49,865 nt of DNA from Polaromonas sp. (GTDB lineage: Bacteria; Pseudomonadota; Gammaproteobacteria; Burkholderiales; Burkholderiaceae_C): contig JABMMH010000233.1 of the NCBI GenBank assembly GCA_013205645.1, positions 1 to 49,865 on the forward strand, read 5' to 3'. The translations under genes were made by a program, and so were the position numbers. Shown in pieces: positions 10,236 to 22,417 of this stretch (within the stretch, counting starts at the first letter, position 1; the number at the start of each line of letters is the position of its first letter). Below the pieces are notes generated by a model. That model was not told the origin of the DNA. It was given only the letters and a program-made list of their open reading frames with translations, and made no database searches.

Positions 10236-10362
10236 TCTCAACTACTTGCCAGCGTTACGCTCAACCGATGGTTTTCCACCATCCTGAACCTCTCGTCTCT
10301 GTGCCCCGCCTCGGTTGTAACCAGGCCCGCCTCACCCGGTTTTTTTACGGATTTGAAAATTC

Positions 10363-11094
10363 ATGAATACGATGGATGCAAAACGCGTCCTCGAAACGGC
10401 ATTGATCTGCGCTCCGCAAGCTTTGCATGTGCGCGAGATGGAGGTGCTCTTCGACGGTGCGCTGACAGCCGACACCCTAAAACGCCTGTTGCAGCAGTTG
10501 CAGGACGACTGGACGGGCCGAGGCGTTGAGTTGATTCACGTGGCGAGTGGCTGGCGTTTTCAAAGCCGCCCGGAGATGCGTGAATTCTTGGATCGGCTGC
10601 ACCCTGAGAAGCCGCCCAAGTACACACGCGCAGCACTGGAGACCTTGGCCATCATTGCCTATCGTCAGCCCGTGACGCGCGGTGACATGGAAGATATTAG
10701 GGGCGTGACGATCAACAGCCTCTTGCTCAAGCAACTCGAAGACCGCGGTTGGGTTGAAGTGATTGGCCACCGCGAAACTGTAGGCCGGCCTGGGCTTTAC
10801 GCCACCACTCGCCAGTTTCTCGACGACCTCGGGGTTGAGTCGCTAGACCAGTTGCCAGCGATGAACAGCGCCGAAGGTGAGGCAGCCATGCTTGAGCAGA
10901 TCGAGTTTGGCTTGTCGGAACCGACGCCGATGGCTGAACCCATGGTGGTGCAGACAGAGATCGAGACCGTGATGGAAATCCAAGTTGAGATTGCAACTGA
11001 AATCGACATAGAAATTGAGACCGGGACAGAGTCAAAGACTGAAACACAGACAACGCCCGAAGACACTGACAAGCCAACCCGCGAAAACACATGA
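10363..11094 (+). CDS. scpB: SMC-Scp complex subunit ScpB
   Basis: [30 protein letters not shown]; acidic C-terminal tail. Confidence 0.95.
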   Translation: MNTMDAKRVLETALICAPQALHVREMEVLFDGALTADTLKRLLQQLQDDWTGRGVELIHVASGWRFQSRPEMREFLDRLHPEKPPKYTRAALETLAIIAYRQPVTRGDMEDIRGVTINSLLLKQLEDRGWVEVIGHRETVGRPGLYATTRQFLDDLGVESLDQLPAMNSAEGEAAMLEQIEFGLSEPTPMAEPMVVQTEIETVMEIQVEIATEIDIEIETGTESKTETQTTPEDTDKPTRENT

Positions 11095-12653
11095 ACCCAT
11101 CAGACACACCCGTTCCCCCAGCCGACACGCCTCCCCAGCCTGTTGTAGATGCCATCACGCCAGAACAGCAGGGCGTTCCACAACAGCCGCTAGCGCCTCG
11201 GCCACAGGTCGCCGCAGCCCGCGACTCTGCTTACCAGTTTGAAGATGTGGTGACCGGCCAATTCGACGCTGACGAAGAGGATGTCGCCGTTGTCTTGTCC
11301 AAGCGCGTGTTGTCGGCACAGCCAGAAAGCCCGAAGCTGCACAAGGTGCTGGCGCAAGCCGGTTTGGGTTCGCGCCTGGAAATGGAGCAACTCATTCTGG
11401 AAGGGCGAATTTCTGTCAACGCCGAGCCGGCACACGTCGGGCAGCGTATCCAGTTTGGCGACACGGTCAAGGTCAACGGCAAGCCGGTTCGCGTGCGCAT
11501 CGACCCGCCGCCTGCCCGTGTCATCGCTTATCACAAGCCAGCTGGCGAGGTTGTCACCCACGATGACCCGCAAAACCGCCCCACCGTTTTTAGACGTCTG
11601 CCCAAGCTCTACCAAGGTAAGTGGCAGTCTGTCGGCAGGCTCGACTTGAACACCGAGGGTTTGTTGCTGTTGACGAGTTCTGGCGAGCTCGCCAATCAGT
11701 TGATGCATCCACGTTTTGGTTTGGAGCGCGAATACGCTGTGCGTGTGCTCGGTGCACTCAACAACGAAGAGAAAAAACGCTTGTTGGAGGGCGTGCAACT
11801 CGATGACGGCATGGCTCAGTTCGGCAGCATTGAAGCCGGCGGCGGCGAGGGCGCCAACTGCTGGTACAAGGTGACGATTTCTGAAGGCCGGAACCGCGAA
11901 GTGCGCCGCATGTTTGAAGCGGTCGGCCATGCCGTCAGCCGTTTGATTCGCATTCGCTATGGCGCTGTCATGTTGCCGCGTGGCCTTAAGCGCGGTGCCT
12001 TCGTTGAGCTCGATGACAACGACATTGCCGCGCTGACGAATGCGGTGAGCCGATCTGAATCGCGCGGCGATCCACGGCCACCGCGTCAAGCCGACGCTGC
12101 GCCTGGCAGGGGACGTGGTCCTCGGCAAGAGCGTTCCCGCGGCAATCGGGGTGCGCCCGTGCAGCGTCAACCTGGCGATGCGCAGCGGGATGACGCGCCA
12201 GAGCCATACGACTTGCAGCCGCCGCCCCAGCGGCAAGATGCCGGTCGTGATGGCGGTCGTGGAAGAGGCGGCCCCGGTGGTCGTGCACCCGGCCCGGGCG
12301 GCCCACGCGGTGGTCCGCGTCAAGGTAACTTTGGCGGCGGTGGCCGACCAGCTCAGCCGCGCGGCGGCGATCGTTCGGCCAGATCCGACAATCCGCCGGG
12401 TGGTTCTCAGCCAGACCCGATGAAAACCTCGTTTGGTTACATCGGTGCCGACACCTTCACCAAGCAACGCCAAGCGCAGGGCCAAGGCCAACGCCGCGGT
12501 GGCGGCGGTAGTGGTAGCGGCGGTGGTTATGGAGGAGGTGGCGGTGGCGGTGGTTATGGCGGCGGTGGCGGCACAGGTGGCGGAGGCCCACGCCGTGGTG
12601 GCGGTAATCGGGGCGGCAGTGGCGGTGGCGGCGGTCGAAGCGGGAATCGCTGA
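11091..12653 (+). CDS. rluB: 23S rRNA pseudouridine synthase RluB (RsuA family) with a long Gly/Arg-rich tail
   Basis: [15 protein letters not shown]4 domain, [22 protein letters not shown]. Confidence 0.92.
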   Translation: MNPSDTPVPPADTPPQPVVDAITPEQQGVPQQPLAPRPQVAAARDSAYQFEDVVTGQFDADEEDVAVVLSKRVLSAQPESPKLHKVLAQAGLGSRLEMEQLILEGRISVNAEPAHVGQRIQFGDTVKVNGKPVRVRIDPPPARVIAYHKPAGEVVTHDDPQNRPTVFRRLPKLYQGKWQSVGRLDLNTEGLLLLTSSGELANQLMHPRFGLEREYAVRVLGALNNEEKKRLLEGVQLDDGMAQFGSIEAGGGEGANCWYKVTISEGRNREVRRMFEAVGHAVSRLIRIRYGAVMLPRGLKRGAFVELDDNDIAALTNAVSRSESRGDPRPPRQADAAPGRGRGPRQERSRGNRGAPVQRQPGDAQRDDAPEPYDLQPPPQRQDAGRDGGRGRGGPGGRAPGPGGPRGGPRQGNFGGGGRPAQPRGGDRSARSDNPPGGSQPDPMKTSFGYIGADTFTKQRQAQGQGQRRGGGGSGSGGGYGGGGGGGGYGGGGGTGGGGPRRGGGNRGGSGGGGGRSGNR

Positions 12654-12684
12654 ACACCGCGCTGAGCATCAAGCTGAACTTCAA
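12649..12684. repeat. Three imperfect 12-bp tandem repeats
   Basis: GCTGAACACCGC / GCTGAGCATCAA / GCTGAACTTCAA; the first unit contains the rluB stop. Confidence 0.6.
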
Positions 12685-12793
12685 GGTCTTTCTGCTCACC
12701 CCTGAGCACACACAGACGGTGCGCTCAGGTTAAACTCTAAGGCTTTGTTCATTCTGAACGCGCTCTCGAAAATTCTAAAGTTAAGGAAATCTC

Positions 12794-13219
12794 ATGGCTA
12801 TCGAACGCACTCTCTCCATCATCAAGCCTGACGCTGTCGCCAAGAACGTCATTGGTCAGATCTACGCACGTTTCGAAGCTGCAGGCTTGAAAATTGTGGC
12901 TGCCAAGTTTGTGCATTTGTCACGCGGCGAAGCCGAAGCTTTCTACGGCGTGCACCGTGAGCGTCCTTTCTTCAAAGACTTGGTTGACTTCATGGTCTCC
13001 GGCCCAGTGATGATCCAAGCCCTCGAAGGCGAAAACGCCGTCCTGAAGCACCGTGATCTGTTGGGCGCAACCGACCCGAAGAAAGCCGCTCCAGGCACCA
13101 TCCGCGCTGACTTCGCTGAGAGCATTGATGCCAATGCCGTTCACGGTTCTGACGCTGTTGAAACAGCGCAAGTCGAAATCAGCTTCTTCTTCGCAGGCAT
13201 GAACATTTACACACGCTGA
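12794..13219 (+). CDS. ndk: Nucleoside-diphosphate kinase
   Basis: [19 protein letters not shown]; AAGGA RBS. Confidence 0.98.
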   Translation: MAIERTLSIIKPDAVAKNVIGQIYARFEAAGLKIVAAKFVHLSRGEAEAFYGVHRERPFFKDLVDFMVSGPVMIQALEGENAVLKHRDLLGATDPKKAAPGTIRADFAESIDANAVHGSDAVETAQVEISFFFAGMNIYTR

Positions 13220-13225
13220 TATGTC

Positions 13226-13280
13226 GGCCCCACAGCGTCACTGCCCGCCTTCGGGTCGTTGCTGGCACGGGGCCTCTTTT
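13226..13280 (+). terminator. Long imperfect hairpin plus T-run after ndk (possible terminator)
   Basis: GGCCCC...CCCG-CCTT-CGGG...GGGGCC followed by TCTTTT. Confidence 0.4.
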
Positions 13281-13342
13281 CGTGGGTGGCAGGTTCGGCC
13301 TTTCGGCGCGGATAATTTCCAGTGCACAAAGGCGACCCTGTC

Positions 13343-14491
13343 ATGACCACCAATCTTCTCGACTTTGACCTTGACGGCTTGGCCGCATTTTGCGAGCAAC
13401 TCGGCGAAAAGCGTTTTCGCGCGACCCAGCTGTTCCGCTGGATTCATCAGCGCGGCGCGACTGACTTTGAGCAGATGACCGATCTGGCCAAGTCACTGCG
13501 CACCAAACTCGCTGGCAAGGCACACATTCAGGCTCTCAAAGTGCTGTCGCGTCATGACTCTGCTGACGGCACGATCAAGTGGTTGTTCGACGTCGGTGCG
13601 GGCGATGTCATCGAAACCGTCTTCATCCCTGAAGCTGACCGCGGTACGTTGTGCATTTCATCCCAAGCCGGTTGCGCCGTGGGTTGTCGTTTTTGCTCGA
13701 CCGGTCACCAAGGCTTCAGCCGCAACCTCAGCACCGCTGAAATCACGGCACAGCTGTGGTTTGCCGAACACTTTCTGCGCCAGCACTTGGGCAAACAAGA
13801 GCGCGTCATCTCCAACGTGGTGATGATGGGCATGGGCGAGCCACTGCAAAATTATGCGCAGTTGTTGCCAGCCCTGCGCGTCATGCTGGACGACCACGCT
13901 TACGGCCTCTCGCGCCGCCGCGTCACGGTTTCAACGTCTGGCGTGGTGCCGATGATCGACCGGCTCGGGCAGGACTGCCCAGTGGCATTGGCCGTGTCGT
14001 TGCATGCGCCAGACGACACCTTGCGTGACAACCTGGTTCCGCTGAACCGCAAATACCCGATTGCCGAGTTGCTGCAAGCCTGCGCCCGCTACCAGGTCTT
14101 TGCCCCGCGTGATTTCATCACCTTTGAATATTGCATGCTCGACGGCGTCAACGACCAGCCTGAGCATGCGCGCCAACTGGTTGCCTTGATGCGCCAGCAC
14201 GCGGTGGACGGGTTGTCGTGCAAGTTCAACTTGATTCCTTTCAATCCGTTTCCGGCTTCTGGTTTGACGCGCTCGGCCATGCCGCAGGTGCTGGCATTTG
14301 CCAAAATCTTGCTGGACGCCGGCATCGTCACCACCGTGCGAAAAACCCGTGGCGATGACATTGACGCTGCTTGCGGGCAACTTGCCGGCGATGTGCAAGA
14401 CCGCACCGATGTGCAAAAGCGCATGGCAACGCAGCGCCAAGGCATGTTGGCCGGCATCAAGGTGGTTGTCGCACCGGTCAGCCAGCCATGA
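13343..14491 (+). CDS. rlmN: 23S rRNA (A2503)/tRNA C2-methyltransferase RlmN
   Basis: Radical [26 protein letters not shown]. Confidence 0.97.
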   Translation: MTTNLLDFDLDGLAAFCEQLGEKRFRATQLFRWIHQRGATDFEQMTDLAKSLRTKLAGKAHIQALKVLSRHDSADGTIKWLFDVGAGDVIETVFIPEADRGTLCISSQAGCAVGCRFCSTGHQGFSRNLSTAEITAQLWFAEHFLRQHLGKQERVISNVVMMGMGEPLQNYAQLLPALRVMLDDHAYGLSRRRVTVSTSGVVPMIDRLGQDCPVALAVSLHAPDDTLRDNLVPLNRKYPIAELLQACARYQVFAPRDFITFEYCMLDGVNDQPEHARQLVALMRQHAVDGLSCKFNLIPFNPFPASGLTRSAMPQVLAFAKILLDAGIVTTVRKTRGDDIDAACGQLAGDVQDRTDVQKRMATQRQGMLAGIKVVVAPVSQP

Positions 14492-15306
14492 CGCTGAACG
14501 CCACACTGACTCGCGGTCTTCTCTGCGCGCTGGCTGTGTGGCTGTCGGGTTGCGCGCAAGGCGTGTCTGGATCGGAGGCGTCTGTGCGTGCGGATGTTCA
14601 GGCCGATCTGCAAACGGAGTCCGACGAGACACCCAACCAGCGTCGCGCGCGTATTCGGCTGGAACTGGCAACGGCTTATTTCCAGCAAGGCCAAACCCAT
14701 GTGGCGTTGGATGAAGTCAAGCAAGCGATCGCCATTGACCCCGTTTATGCGGATGCCCACAACCTGCGCGGCTTGGTGTATTTGCGTCTGAACGACTTGC
14801 CGCTGGCCTCAGACAGTTTCGACCGCGCTTTGGCGCTGAATCCACGTGATGCCGACACCGCCCACAACTACGCTTGGTTGCTGTGTCAGCAGGCGCACTA
14901 CGCGGCCTCCGAAAAGCTCTTCGCCCAAGCCATTGCCAACCCAAGCTACACCCAGCCAGCCAAGAGCTGGATGGCTAAGGGACTGTGCCAGTTGCGTGCA
15001 GGCCAGACCGTTGCAGCCGAGAAAAGTCTGACACGGTCCTACGCCTTAGACGGCAGCAATCCCGTGACCAGCTACAACTTGGCGCGCATGCTTTTTGAGC
15101 GCGGTGACGTTCAGCCCGCACAGCCTTACATGCGTAAACTCAACAAGAGTCCTATGGCCAATGCCGAAACCTTGTGGTTGGGCATTCAAATTGAACAGCA
15201 ACTGAAGAACTCCGTCGCAGTCGCTGCGCTGGCTGAACAGTTGCGCGGCCGGTTCGCAGAATCTAGCGAGTTGATCGCTTACGAAAAAGGAGCTTTTCAT
15301 GACTGA
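14488..15306 (+). CDS. pilW: Type IV pilus biogenesis/stability lipoprotein PilW (PilF)
   Basis: Lipobox [16 protein letters not shown] repeats; canonical position between rlmN and rodZ; ATGA overlap with rlmN. Confidence 0.92.
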   Translation: MTLNATLTRGLLCALAVWLSGCAQGVSGSEASVRADVQADLQTESDETPNQRRARIRLELATAYFQQGQTHVALDEVKQAIAIDPVYADAHNLRGLVYLRLNDLPLASDSFDRALALNPRDADTAHNYAWLLCQQAHYAASEKLFAQAIANPSYTQPAKSWMAKGLCQLRAGQTVAAEKSLTRSYALDGSNPVTSYNLARMLFERGDVQPAQPYMRKLNKSPMANAETLWLGIQIEQQLKNSVAVAALAEQLRGRFAESSELIAYEKGAFHD

Positions 15307-16219
15307 TAACAACGATCAATTGAGTGCTCCTGCTCCCGTGATCCAGGCGCCAGTGGTTGCCGAGTCCGTGTCTGAGACCAAGCCCACTGCCGGCGCACTG
15401 ATGCGCAGTGCGCGTGAAGCCTCTGGTCTGCATATCGGCGCGTTGGCGGTGTCGCTGAAAGTCCCGGTCAAGCGGCTTGAGGCCTTGGAGGCTGATCGCT
15501 TTGACCTGTTACCCGATGCCGTATTTGCCCGCGCCTTGGCCAGCAGCGTCTTCCGTACGCTGAAGCTCGATCCTGCGCCGGTACTTCAACTGTTGCCGAG
15601 TCAAACGACGCCGCGGCGCAGCCAACAGATGGAGAGTCGGCGGGTCATTCATGGCGCGACGATTTCCAGTCGTCAATCGCCTCTTTTCGGGACCATGTCG
15701 CGTCCGGCCGTGATCGGTGGACTGCTGCTGGTGGTCGGTGCATTGGCGCTGGCTTTGCTGCCACCGCTGGATTTTTCCTGGACGAAAACGGACGCGGTCG
15801 ATGCCGAGCTTGTGATCACGCAGACATTGCCGGTGATGGCGGTTGAACCATCCGGTCCTGAATCTTTGGGCGTCGAGCCAACTACTGGGTTTGTTGATTC
15901 CGCCACCGCCAATTCTTCAGTTGCAGTGTCCGGTTTGGTGCTGCCTGCGGCAAACTTGGTTGAAACAGGTGTACCGCCTGCTTCCGGCATCGTGGTTTTC
16001 AAGCCCACAGCCGAGTCATGGGTTGAGGTGACCGATGCCAAGGGCAGCGTATTGCTGCGCCGCAAATTGTTGGCCGGCGAAGTGGCTGGCGCTTCTGGCG
16101 CTTTACCGTTAAGCGTCATTGTGGGCCGTGCCGACGGGACCCAAGTTCAAATTCGCGGGCGAGCGTTTGACCTGACGTCCGTCACCAGTGGCAATGTCGC
16201 ACGTTTTGAGGTGAAATAA
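15299..16219 (+). CDS. rodZ: RodZ-like helix-turn-helix membrane protein
   Basis: N-terminal HTH, single transmembrane segment, C-terminal SWVEVTD...NVARF domain; synteny. Confidence 0.88.
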   Translation: MTDNNDQLSAPAPVIQAPVVAESVSETKPTAGALMRSAREASGLHIGALAVSLKVPVKRLEALEADRFDLLPDAVFARALASSVFRTLKLDPAPVLQLLPSQTTPRRSQQMESRRVIHGATISSRQSPLFGTMSRPAVIGGLLLVVGALALALLPPLDFSWTKTDAVDAELVITQTLPVMAVEPSGPESLGVEPTTGFVDSATANSSVAVSGLVLPAANLVETGVPPASGIVVFKPTAESWVEVTDAKGSVLLRRKLLAGEVAGASGALPLSVIVGRADGTQVQIRGRAFDLTSVTSGNVARFEVK

Positions 16220-16220
16220 A

Positions 16221-17498
16221 ATGCAGCCTTGCCTACCCATTGAATCCGCAGAGCCGCTGGCCCGCCGCTCTGCTCAAGCCCGTGTCGTGTGGGGGTCACG
16301 CATCGTGACCGTCGGCGGTGATGCGCCAGTGCGCGTCCAGTCGATGACCAACACCGACACGGTGGATGTCATCGGCACCGCCATTCAGGTCAAGGAACTC
16401 GCGGTGGCGGGTTCCGAAATGGTCCGCATCACGGTCAACACCCCGGAGGCTGCTGAGGCCGTGCCGCATGTGCGCGACCAACTCGATCGCATGGGGATTG
16501 ACGTGCCCCTGGTTGGTGACTTTCACTTCAATGGTCACCGGCTGCTGACCGATTACCCGGCATGCGCTGAAGCGCTCTCCAAGTACCGCATCAACCCTGG
16601 CAATGTCGGCAAGGGCAACAAACACGACAAACAGTTTGGCCAGATGATCGAAGCGGCTGTGCGCTGGAACAAACCCGTGCGCATTGGCGTCAACTGGGGC
16701 AGTCTCGACCAAGAGTTGCTGGCCAGTCTGATGGACCTGAACAGCACACGAAGCAATCCGTGGGATGCCAAGCAAGTGATGTACGAAGCGCTGATCACGT
16801 CGGCACTTGACTCCGCAGCACTGGCCCAACAAATGGGCATGGCGCATGAACAAATTATTCTGTCCTGCAAGGTCAGCGGCGTGCAAGACCTGATTTCGGT
16901 CTACCGTGAGTTGTCTAAGCGCACGCAACATGCTTTGCACTTGGGGCTGACTGAAGCCGGCATGGGCACCAAAGGCACGGTGGCGTCGGCTGCGGTGTTG
17001 GGTATCTTGCTGCAAGAGGGCATTGGCGACACGATTCGCGTCTCGCTGACGCCGCAACCGGGCGAGTCACGCACACAAGAAGTGTTGATCGCGTCCGAGA
17101 TTTTGCAGGCGCTGGGTCTGCGCAGTTTTGTGCCTAGCGTGACCGCTTGCCCCGGTTGCGGACGGACCACCAGTGACACTTTTCAAGTGCTGGCAAAACA
17201 GATCGACGACTTCCTGCGCGGCCAAATGCCGGTCTGGCGTGAGCAATACCCCGGCGTTGAAAAGCTCAAGGTCGCGGTGATGGGTTGCATCGTCAATGGC
17301 CCCGGCGAAAGCAAACATGCCGACCTCGGCATCAGTCTGCCGGGCTCTGGTGAAGCGCCTGCAGCGCCGGTCTTTATTGACGGTGAAAAGCGCATGACAC
17401 TGCGTGGCGACCGGATCGCTGAAGAGTTCCAGGTCATTGTCGAAAACTACATTGAAAATCGCTTCGGTCGCAGCGCTGCAACCACCGAAGCCGCATAA
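16221..17498 (+). CDS. ispG: (E)-4-hydroxy-3-methylbut-2-enyl-diphosphate synthase
   Basis: [29 protein letters not shown]. Confidence 0.98.
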   Translation: MQPCLPIESAEPLARRSAQARVVWGSRIVTVGGDAPVRVQSMTNTDTVDVIGTAIQVKELAVAGSEMVRITVNTPEAAEAVPHVRDQLDRMGIDVPLVGDFHFNGHRLLTDYPACAEALSKYRINPGNVGKGNKHDKQFGQMIEAAVRWNKPVRIGVNWGSLDQELLASLMDLNSTRSNPWDAKQVMYEALITSALDSAALAQQMGMAHEQIILSCKVSGVQDLISVYRELSKRTQHALHLGLTEAGMGTKGTVASAAVLGILLQEGIGDTIRVSLTPQPGESRTQEVLIASEILQALGLRSFVPSVTACPGCGRTTSDTFQVLAKQIDDFLRGQMPVWREQYPGVEKLKVAVMGCIVNGPGESKHADLGISLPGSGEAPAAPVFIDGEKRMTLRGDRIAEEFQVIVENYIENRFGRSAATTEAA

Positions 17499-17504
17499 AA
17501 AAAC

Positions 17505-18827
17505 ATGGCTGAAAAACTGCTTGCCGTCAAAGGCATGAACGACATATTGCCGCCTGAATCGGCGCGCTGGGAATGGTTAGAGGGCAAAGTCCGCGAGCTG
17601 ATGGCGCGTTACGCGTATCGCAACATTCGCACGCCGATTTTGGAGCACACGCAACTCTTTGTGCGCGGCATTGGCGAGGTCACGGACATTGTCGAAAAAG
17701 AGATGTACTCTTTTGAAGACCGCTCCGACAAAAACGGTGACCATGCTTTTCTGACCATGCGGCCCGAAAATACCGCCAGCGTGGTGCGCGCTGTGACTGA
17801 GCACAACATGCTGTACGAAGGTGGCAAACGGCTGTACTACATGGGACCGATGTTTCGCCGCGAGCGTCCGCAGCGCGGCCGTTATCGGCAGTTTCATCAA
17901 ATCGGTGCCGAGGCCTTGGGCTTTGGTGGCCCGGAAGTCGATGCTGAACTGATCTTGCTGGCCGCCGCACTCTGGAAAGAAATTGGCATCACCGATTGGC
18001 GCTTGGAGATCAACAGCCTCGGTCAGCCAGACGAGCGGGCGCTGCACCGGACGCAGCTGATCGCTCACTTTGAGCAGCATGCAGACGCGCTCGACGAAGA
18101 CGCGCGGCGTCGCCTGCACAGCAATCCGCTGCGTATTCTGGACACCAAAAATCCCGCCATGAAAGCGGTGGTCGAAAGCGCCCCGCGCCTGATCGACTTT
18201 TTGGGTTCGGCCTCACTGGCGCACTTTGACGCACTAAAAGCCATCCTCGATGCCAACGGCGTGCCGTGGACGCTGAACCACCGGTTGGTGCGCGGGCTCG
18301 ACTATTACAACCTAACGGTGTTCGAGTTTGTCACCGACCAACTGGGCGCGCAAGGCACTTTGTGTGCCGGCGGCCGCTACGACTATTTGATTGAGAAAAT
18401 TGGGGGCAAAGCCGCGCCGGCCGTGGGTTGGGCGCTGGGTGTTGAGCGCGTGCTGGAGCTGGTCCGCGAGACCGGTCAAAGCGTGCCGGCTTTGGTGCCC
18501 GACGCTTATGCGATCGTCCCTGATGCTGCCGCTGTGCCGGTGGTGTTGCAGACCCTGCAAGCGCTGCGTGCCCAAGGCGTGAGCGTGCAAATGCACGCCA
18601 GTCCCGGATCAGGCGCAGACGGCATGGGCAGCATGAAGTCGCAATTCAAAAAAGCCGACGCCAGCGGTGCGCGCTTCGCCCTCATTTTTGGCGAAACCGA
18701 ACTGGCCAGCGGCTGTGTGGCGGTCAAGCCCTTGCGCGGCAGCAAGGCCGATGCCGAGGCCGCGCCCGAGCAATCTTTGCGCAAACTTGATGAAGCAGCC
18801 TCCTGGGCGGCGATCCTACTCGGCTGA
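17505..18827 (+). CDS. hisS: Histidine--tRNA ligase
   Basis: [29 protein letters not shown]. Confidence 0.98.
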   Translation: MAEKLLAVKGMNDILPPESARWEWLEGKVRELMARYAYRNIRTPILEHTQLFVRGIGEVTDIVEKEMYSFEDRSDKNGDHAFLTMRPENTASVVRAVTEHNMLYEGGKRLYYMGPMFRRERPQRGRYRQFHQIGAEALGFGGPEVDAELILLAAALWKEIGITDWRLEINSLGQPDERALHRTQLIAHFEQHADALDEDARRRLHSNPLRILDTKNPAMKAVVESAPRLIDFLGSASLAHFDALKAILDANGVPWTLNHRLVRGLDYYNLTVFEFVTDQLGAQGTLCAGGRYDYLIEKIGGKAAPAVGWALGVERVLELVRETGQSVPALVPDAYAIVPDAAAVPVVLQTLQALRAQGVSVQMHASPGSGADGMGSMKSQFKKADASGARFALIFGETELASGCVAVKPLRGSKADAEAAPEQSLRKLDEAASWAAILLG

Positions 18828-18880
18828 GCAGACCTCGGCCTCTACAATCCATCTTTCTTTCGGCATCGTGAACAAGACCC

Positions 18881-19540
18881 ATGGCAAAACATCTGGACCT
18901 CGAAGAGCAGGAACAACTCGCTGACTTGAAGCATTTCTGGAATCGCTACGGCAGCGTCATTTCTTGGGCTTTGATCGTCATATTCAGTTCTATCGCAGCT
19001 TGGAATGGCTACCACTACTGGCAGCGCAGCCAAGCCGCGCAAGCTGCCGTCATGTATGACGAAGTTGAGCGGGCCGCGGTCGCGGGCGACATGGCCCGAC
19101 TGGATCGCTCCTTGGCGGACATGCAAGAACGCTATGGCCGCACCGCTTATGCGGATCAGGCCGCGATGTTGGCTGCGCGGGTTTATTACGACAAAGGCAA
19201 TCTCGATGCGTCCAAGGGCGCGTTGGGCTGGGTCGCGGCCAAGGCGTCTGACGAAGGTTATCAAAGCATTGCCAAATTGCGTCTCTCCGGCATCTTGCTA
19301 GAAGCCAAGGATTACGTCGGCGCGTTGCAACAAGTTTCAGGCACCATGCCACCGGCTTTTGCTGCCCTGGCGGCCGATCGCAGCGGTGACATTCTGGCGG
19401 CGCAGGACAAAAAAGCCGAGGCCACGGCGCAATACCAAATCGCTTTCAAGGCGTTTGACCCGCAGTCTGAATACCGCCGTTTGGTGGAAGTCAAACTGAA
19501 TGCCTTGGGCGTCGACCCTGTCGGTGGGGCTCAAAAATGA
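18881..19540 (+). CDS. yfgM: YfgM family TPR membrane protein
   Basis: DLEEQEQL...KHFW, one transmembrane segment, TPRs; between hisS and bamB. Confidence 0.9.
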   Translation: MAKHLDLEEQEQLADLKHFWNRYGSVISWALIVIFSSIAAWNGYHYWQRSQAAQAAVMYDEVERAAVAGDMARLDRSLADMQERYGRTAYADQAAMLAARVYYDKGNLDASKGALGWVAAKASDEGYQSIAKLRLSGILLEAKDYVGALQQVSGTMPPAFAALAADRSGDILAAQDKKAEATAQYQIAFKAFDPQSEYRRLVEVKLNALGVDPVGGAQK

Positions 19541-20697
19541 AATTGATGCCTATGTTCTCCTTCAGGGCTGACGGCGTGACGCGCAGCCTGCGTTTGCCTG
19601 CTGCTGGTGTGTTGCTGGCGCTGCTTGCCGCCTGCTCGGGCGGCTCCAATGCGCCCAAGCCGACGGCACTTCAAGCGGTGGTGCCGGTCGTTGCTGTGCA
19701 GCAAGTCTGGACTGCGCGTCTGGGTGCTGTCAGCTTTCCGATGGCGCTCAGCGTCTCCGGAAGCAACTTGTACGCAGCTGCGAGCAACGGCACAGTGGCC
19801 GCCATCGACGCCCGCAGCGGTCAAGATGTTTGGCGCTTGGACCTCGGCACGCCGTTGGCTGCAGGTGTCGGCAGTGATGGCCGGGTTGCCGCCGTTGTCA
19901 CACAGAGCAATGAACTGGTGGCGATTGTTGAAGGCCGCGAAGTCTGGCGCGAGAAGCTCAGCGCGCAAGCCTACACGGCCCCCTTTGTGGCCGGTGGACG
20001 CGTTTTTTTATTGACAGCAGACCGCGCGATTCACGCCTTTGACGGCAGCAGTGGTCGCAAGCTCTGGACGCAACAGCGGGCCACCGAGCCTTTGGTGTTG
20101 CGTCAAGCCGGTGTGTTGCTGGCTGTTGGCGACACGCTGGTGGCAGGCCTTGCAGGCCGCCTGACGGGTTTGAATCCGGCCAACGGCAGTCTGCGTTGGG
20201 AGGTACCGATTGCCTCACCACGCGGCATCAACGACGTCGAGCGTCTGGTCGATTTGGTCGGCCCGGTGAGCCGCTTGAATGACGTGTTGTGCGTGCGTGC
20301 TTTTCAGGCCAGCGTCGGTTGTGTGAACGCTGAGCGCGGTGTTTTGCAGTGGGCCAAGCCGTCAGATGGCAGCGTTGGCTTGGACGGCGACGAGCGTCTG
20401 GTCTTCGCGGTCGAGTCAGACGGCAAGGTCGTCACCTGGGTGCGTGCCAATGGCGAGAGCGGTTGGAGCAGCGAGCAATTGCGCTTTCGTGGTTTGACCG
20501 CGCCGCGCGTTGTCGGTCGCTCGATCGCGATCGGTGACGCCTCCGGTTTCGTGCATTTGTTGTCGCGCGAGGACGGTACTTTTGTGAACCGCCTGACGAC
20601 CGATGGCTCCGCCATCGTCGCAACCCCAACCTTGATTGGCGAGACGCTGGTGGTGGTCACCCGCTCTGGCACTATTTTCGGCTTTAAGCCCCAATAA
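19537..20697 (+). CDS. bamB: Outer membrane protein assembly factor BamB
   Basis: Lipobox LAAC, PQQ-like beta-propeller repeats, ERLVD; synteny. Confidence 0.95.
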   Translation: MKLMPMFSFRADGVTRSLRLPAAGVLLALLAACSGGSNAPKPTALQAVVPVVAVQQVWTARLGAVSFPMALSVSGSNLYAAASNGTVAAIDARSGQDVWRLDLGTPLAAGVGSDGRVAAVVTQSNELVAIVEGREVWREKLSAQAYTAPFVAGGRVFLLTADRAIHAFDGSSGRKLWTQQRATEPLVLRQAGVLLAVGDTLVAGLAGRLTGLNPANGSLRWEVPIASPRGINDVERLVDLVGPVSRLNDVLCVRAFQASVGCVNAERGVLQWAKPSDGSVGLDGDERLVFAVESDGKVVTWVRANGESGWSSEQLRFRGLTAPRVVGRSIAIGDASGFVHLLSREDGTFVNRLTTDGSAIVATPTLIGETLVVVTRSGTIFGFKPQ

Positions 20698-20732
20698 ACA
20701 GGCTCTCCCGTAGAGCCCGTCTGAAGATTTTG

Positions 20733-22079
20733 ATGAAACCTGTAATTGCCCTGGTGGGCCGCCCGAATGTGGGCAAATCGACGATTTTTAACCGCCTGAC
20801 CAAATCGCGGGATGCGATCGTGGCCGACTTTGCCGGCCTCACGCGGGACCGTCACTACGGCAATGGCCAACTGGGTTCGCAGGAATACATCGTCATCGAC
20901 ACCGGTGGTTTCGAGCCTGACGCTGCTTCTGGCATCTACAAAGAAATGGCCAAGCAAACGCGTCAAGCGGTGGCTGAAGCCGACGTCGTTATTTTTGTGG
21001 TGGATGCCCGTGCCGGCCTGAACGCCCAAGACTACGACATTGCCAAGTACCTGCGCAAACTGGGCATCCCCACACTGCTGGCCGCCAACAAGGCCGAGGG
21101 CATGCAAGAGGGTGGTGTGCAGCTGTCCGAGTTCTTTGAACTGGGCTTGGGTGAAGTGCTGGCGGTCTCGGCTTCACACGGCCAAGGCATGCGGATGTTG
21201 ATTGACATGGCGCTGGAGCCGCTCAAGCTGTCAGAGTCGGACGAGAACGCCGAACCCGAAGACCCGACCGTCATCAAGCTGGCGGTCGCCGGACGCCCGA
21301 ACGTTGGCAAGTCCACGCTGATCAACACCTGGTTGGGTGAAGAGCGGCTGGTGGCCTTCGACATGCCGGGCACCACCCGCGATGCGATTTCGGTGCCGTT
21401 TGAACGCGCTGGTCAAAAGTTCGAGTTGATCGACACCGCCGGCTTGCGCCGCAGAGGGAAAGTCTTTGAGGCGATCGAAAAGTTCTCCGTCGTCAAGACT
21501 TTGCAGGCCATTGAAAATTCAAACGTAGCATTGTTGTTGCTCGACGCCACGCAAGGCGTGACCGACCAAGACGCACACATTGCCGGCTACATCTTAGAGT
21601 CAGGCCGTGCTGTGGTCTTGGCCATCAACAAATGGGATGCAGTCGACAGCTACCAACGCGAAACGTTGGAGCGCTCGATTGAGACGCGACTGGGGTTTCT
21701 CAAGTTCGCCGCGATTCACCGGATTTCCGCCATCAAGCGTCAAGGTTTGGCGCCGGTCTGGAAATCCATCATCCAGGCCCATGCCTCGGCGAATCGCAAG
21801 ATGTCGACGCCAGTTCTCACGCGCTTGCTGCTGGAAGCCGTGCAGTTTCAACAGCCACAGCGTTCCGGCATGTTCCGCCCCAAGATGCGCTATGCGCACC
21901 AAGGCGGTATGAACCCGCCGATCATCATCGTTCACGGCAACTCTTTGGAGCATGTCAGTGAGTCTTACAAGCGCTATCTGGAAGGGCGTTTCCGCAAGGA
22001 GTTCGACCTGGTCGGCACGCCGATGCGGATCCAGATGAAGACGTCCTCAAACCCCTTCACCGACAAAGATTCGGCTTAA
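20733..22079 (+). CDS. der: Ribosome biogenesis GTPase Der (EngA)
   Basis: Two GRPNVGKS P-loops, DTGG/DTAG, NKWD. Confidence 0.98.
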   Translation: MKPVIALVGRPNVGKSTIFNRLTKSRDAIVADFAGLTRDRHYGNGQLGSQEYIVIDTGGFEPDAASGIYKEMAKQTRQAVAEADVVIFVVDARAGLNAQDYDIAKYLRKLGIPTLLAANKAEGMQEGGVQLSEFFELGLGEVLAVSASHGQGMRMLIDMALEPLKLSESDENAEPEDPTVIKLAVAGRPNVGKSTLINTWLGEERLVAFDMPGTTRDAISVPFERAGQKFELIDTAGLRRRGKVFEAIEKFSVVKTLQAIENSNVALLLLDATQGVTDQDAHIAGYILESGRAVVLAINKWDAVDSYQRETLERSIETRLGFLKFAAIHRISAIKRQGLAPVWKSIIQAHASANRKMSTPVLTRLLLEAVQFQQPQRSGMFRPKMRYAHQGGMNPPIIIVHGNSLEHVSESYKRYLEGRFRKEFDLVGTPMRIQMKTSSNPFTDKDSA

Positions 22080-22080
22080 G

Positions 22081-22113
22081 ACTACAGGGTTTCCCTGTAG
22101 TGCTGTGGTAAGG
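22081..22113 (+). promoter_or_regulatory. Inverted repeat and probable extended -10 upstream of hfq
   Basis: ACTACAGGG-TTT-CCCTGTAGT perfect 9-bp stem, then TGTGGTAAGGT. Confidence 0.4.
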
Positions 22114-22154
22114 TAAAGAGTCTTAAACAACTACTCTAGTACACGGAGAATATC

Positions 22155-22412
22155 GTGAGCAATAACAACAACAAAGGTCAGCTGTTGCAGGACCCATTCC
22201 TCAACACCTTGCGTCGTGAGCATGTGCCTGTGTCGATTTATCTCGTCAACGGCATCAAGCTGCAAGGCCAGATCGAATCTTTTGACCAATACGTCGTGTT
22301 GCTGCGCAACACAGTCACGCAGATGGTCTACAAGCACGCCATTTCAACCATCGTCCCCGGACGTGCCGTGAATTTTTCCACGGCCGAATCCGAAGAGGGC
22401 CCGGCAAGCTGA
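22155..22412 (+). CDS. hfq: RNA chaperone Hfq
   Basis: [24 protein letters not shown]; GGAG RBS, GTG start. Confidence 0.98.
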   Translation: MSNNNNKGQLLQDPFLNTLRREHVPVSIYLVNGIKLQGQIESFDQYVVLLRNTVTQMVYKHAISTIVPGRAVNFSTAESEEGPAS

Positions 22413-22417
22413 GTTCC

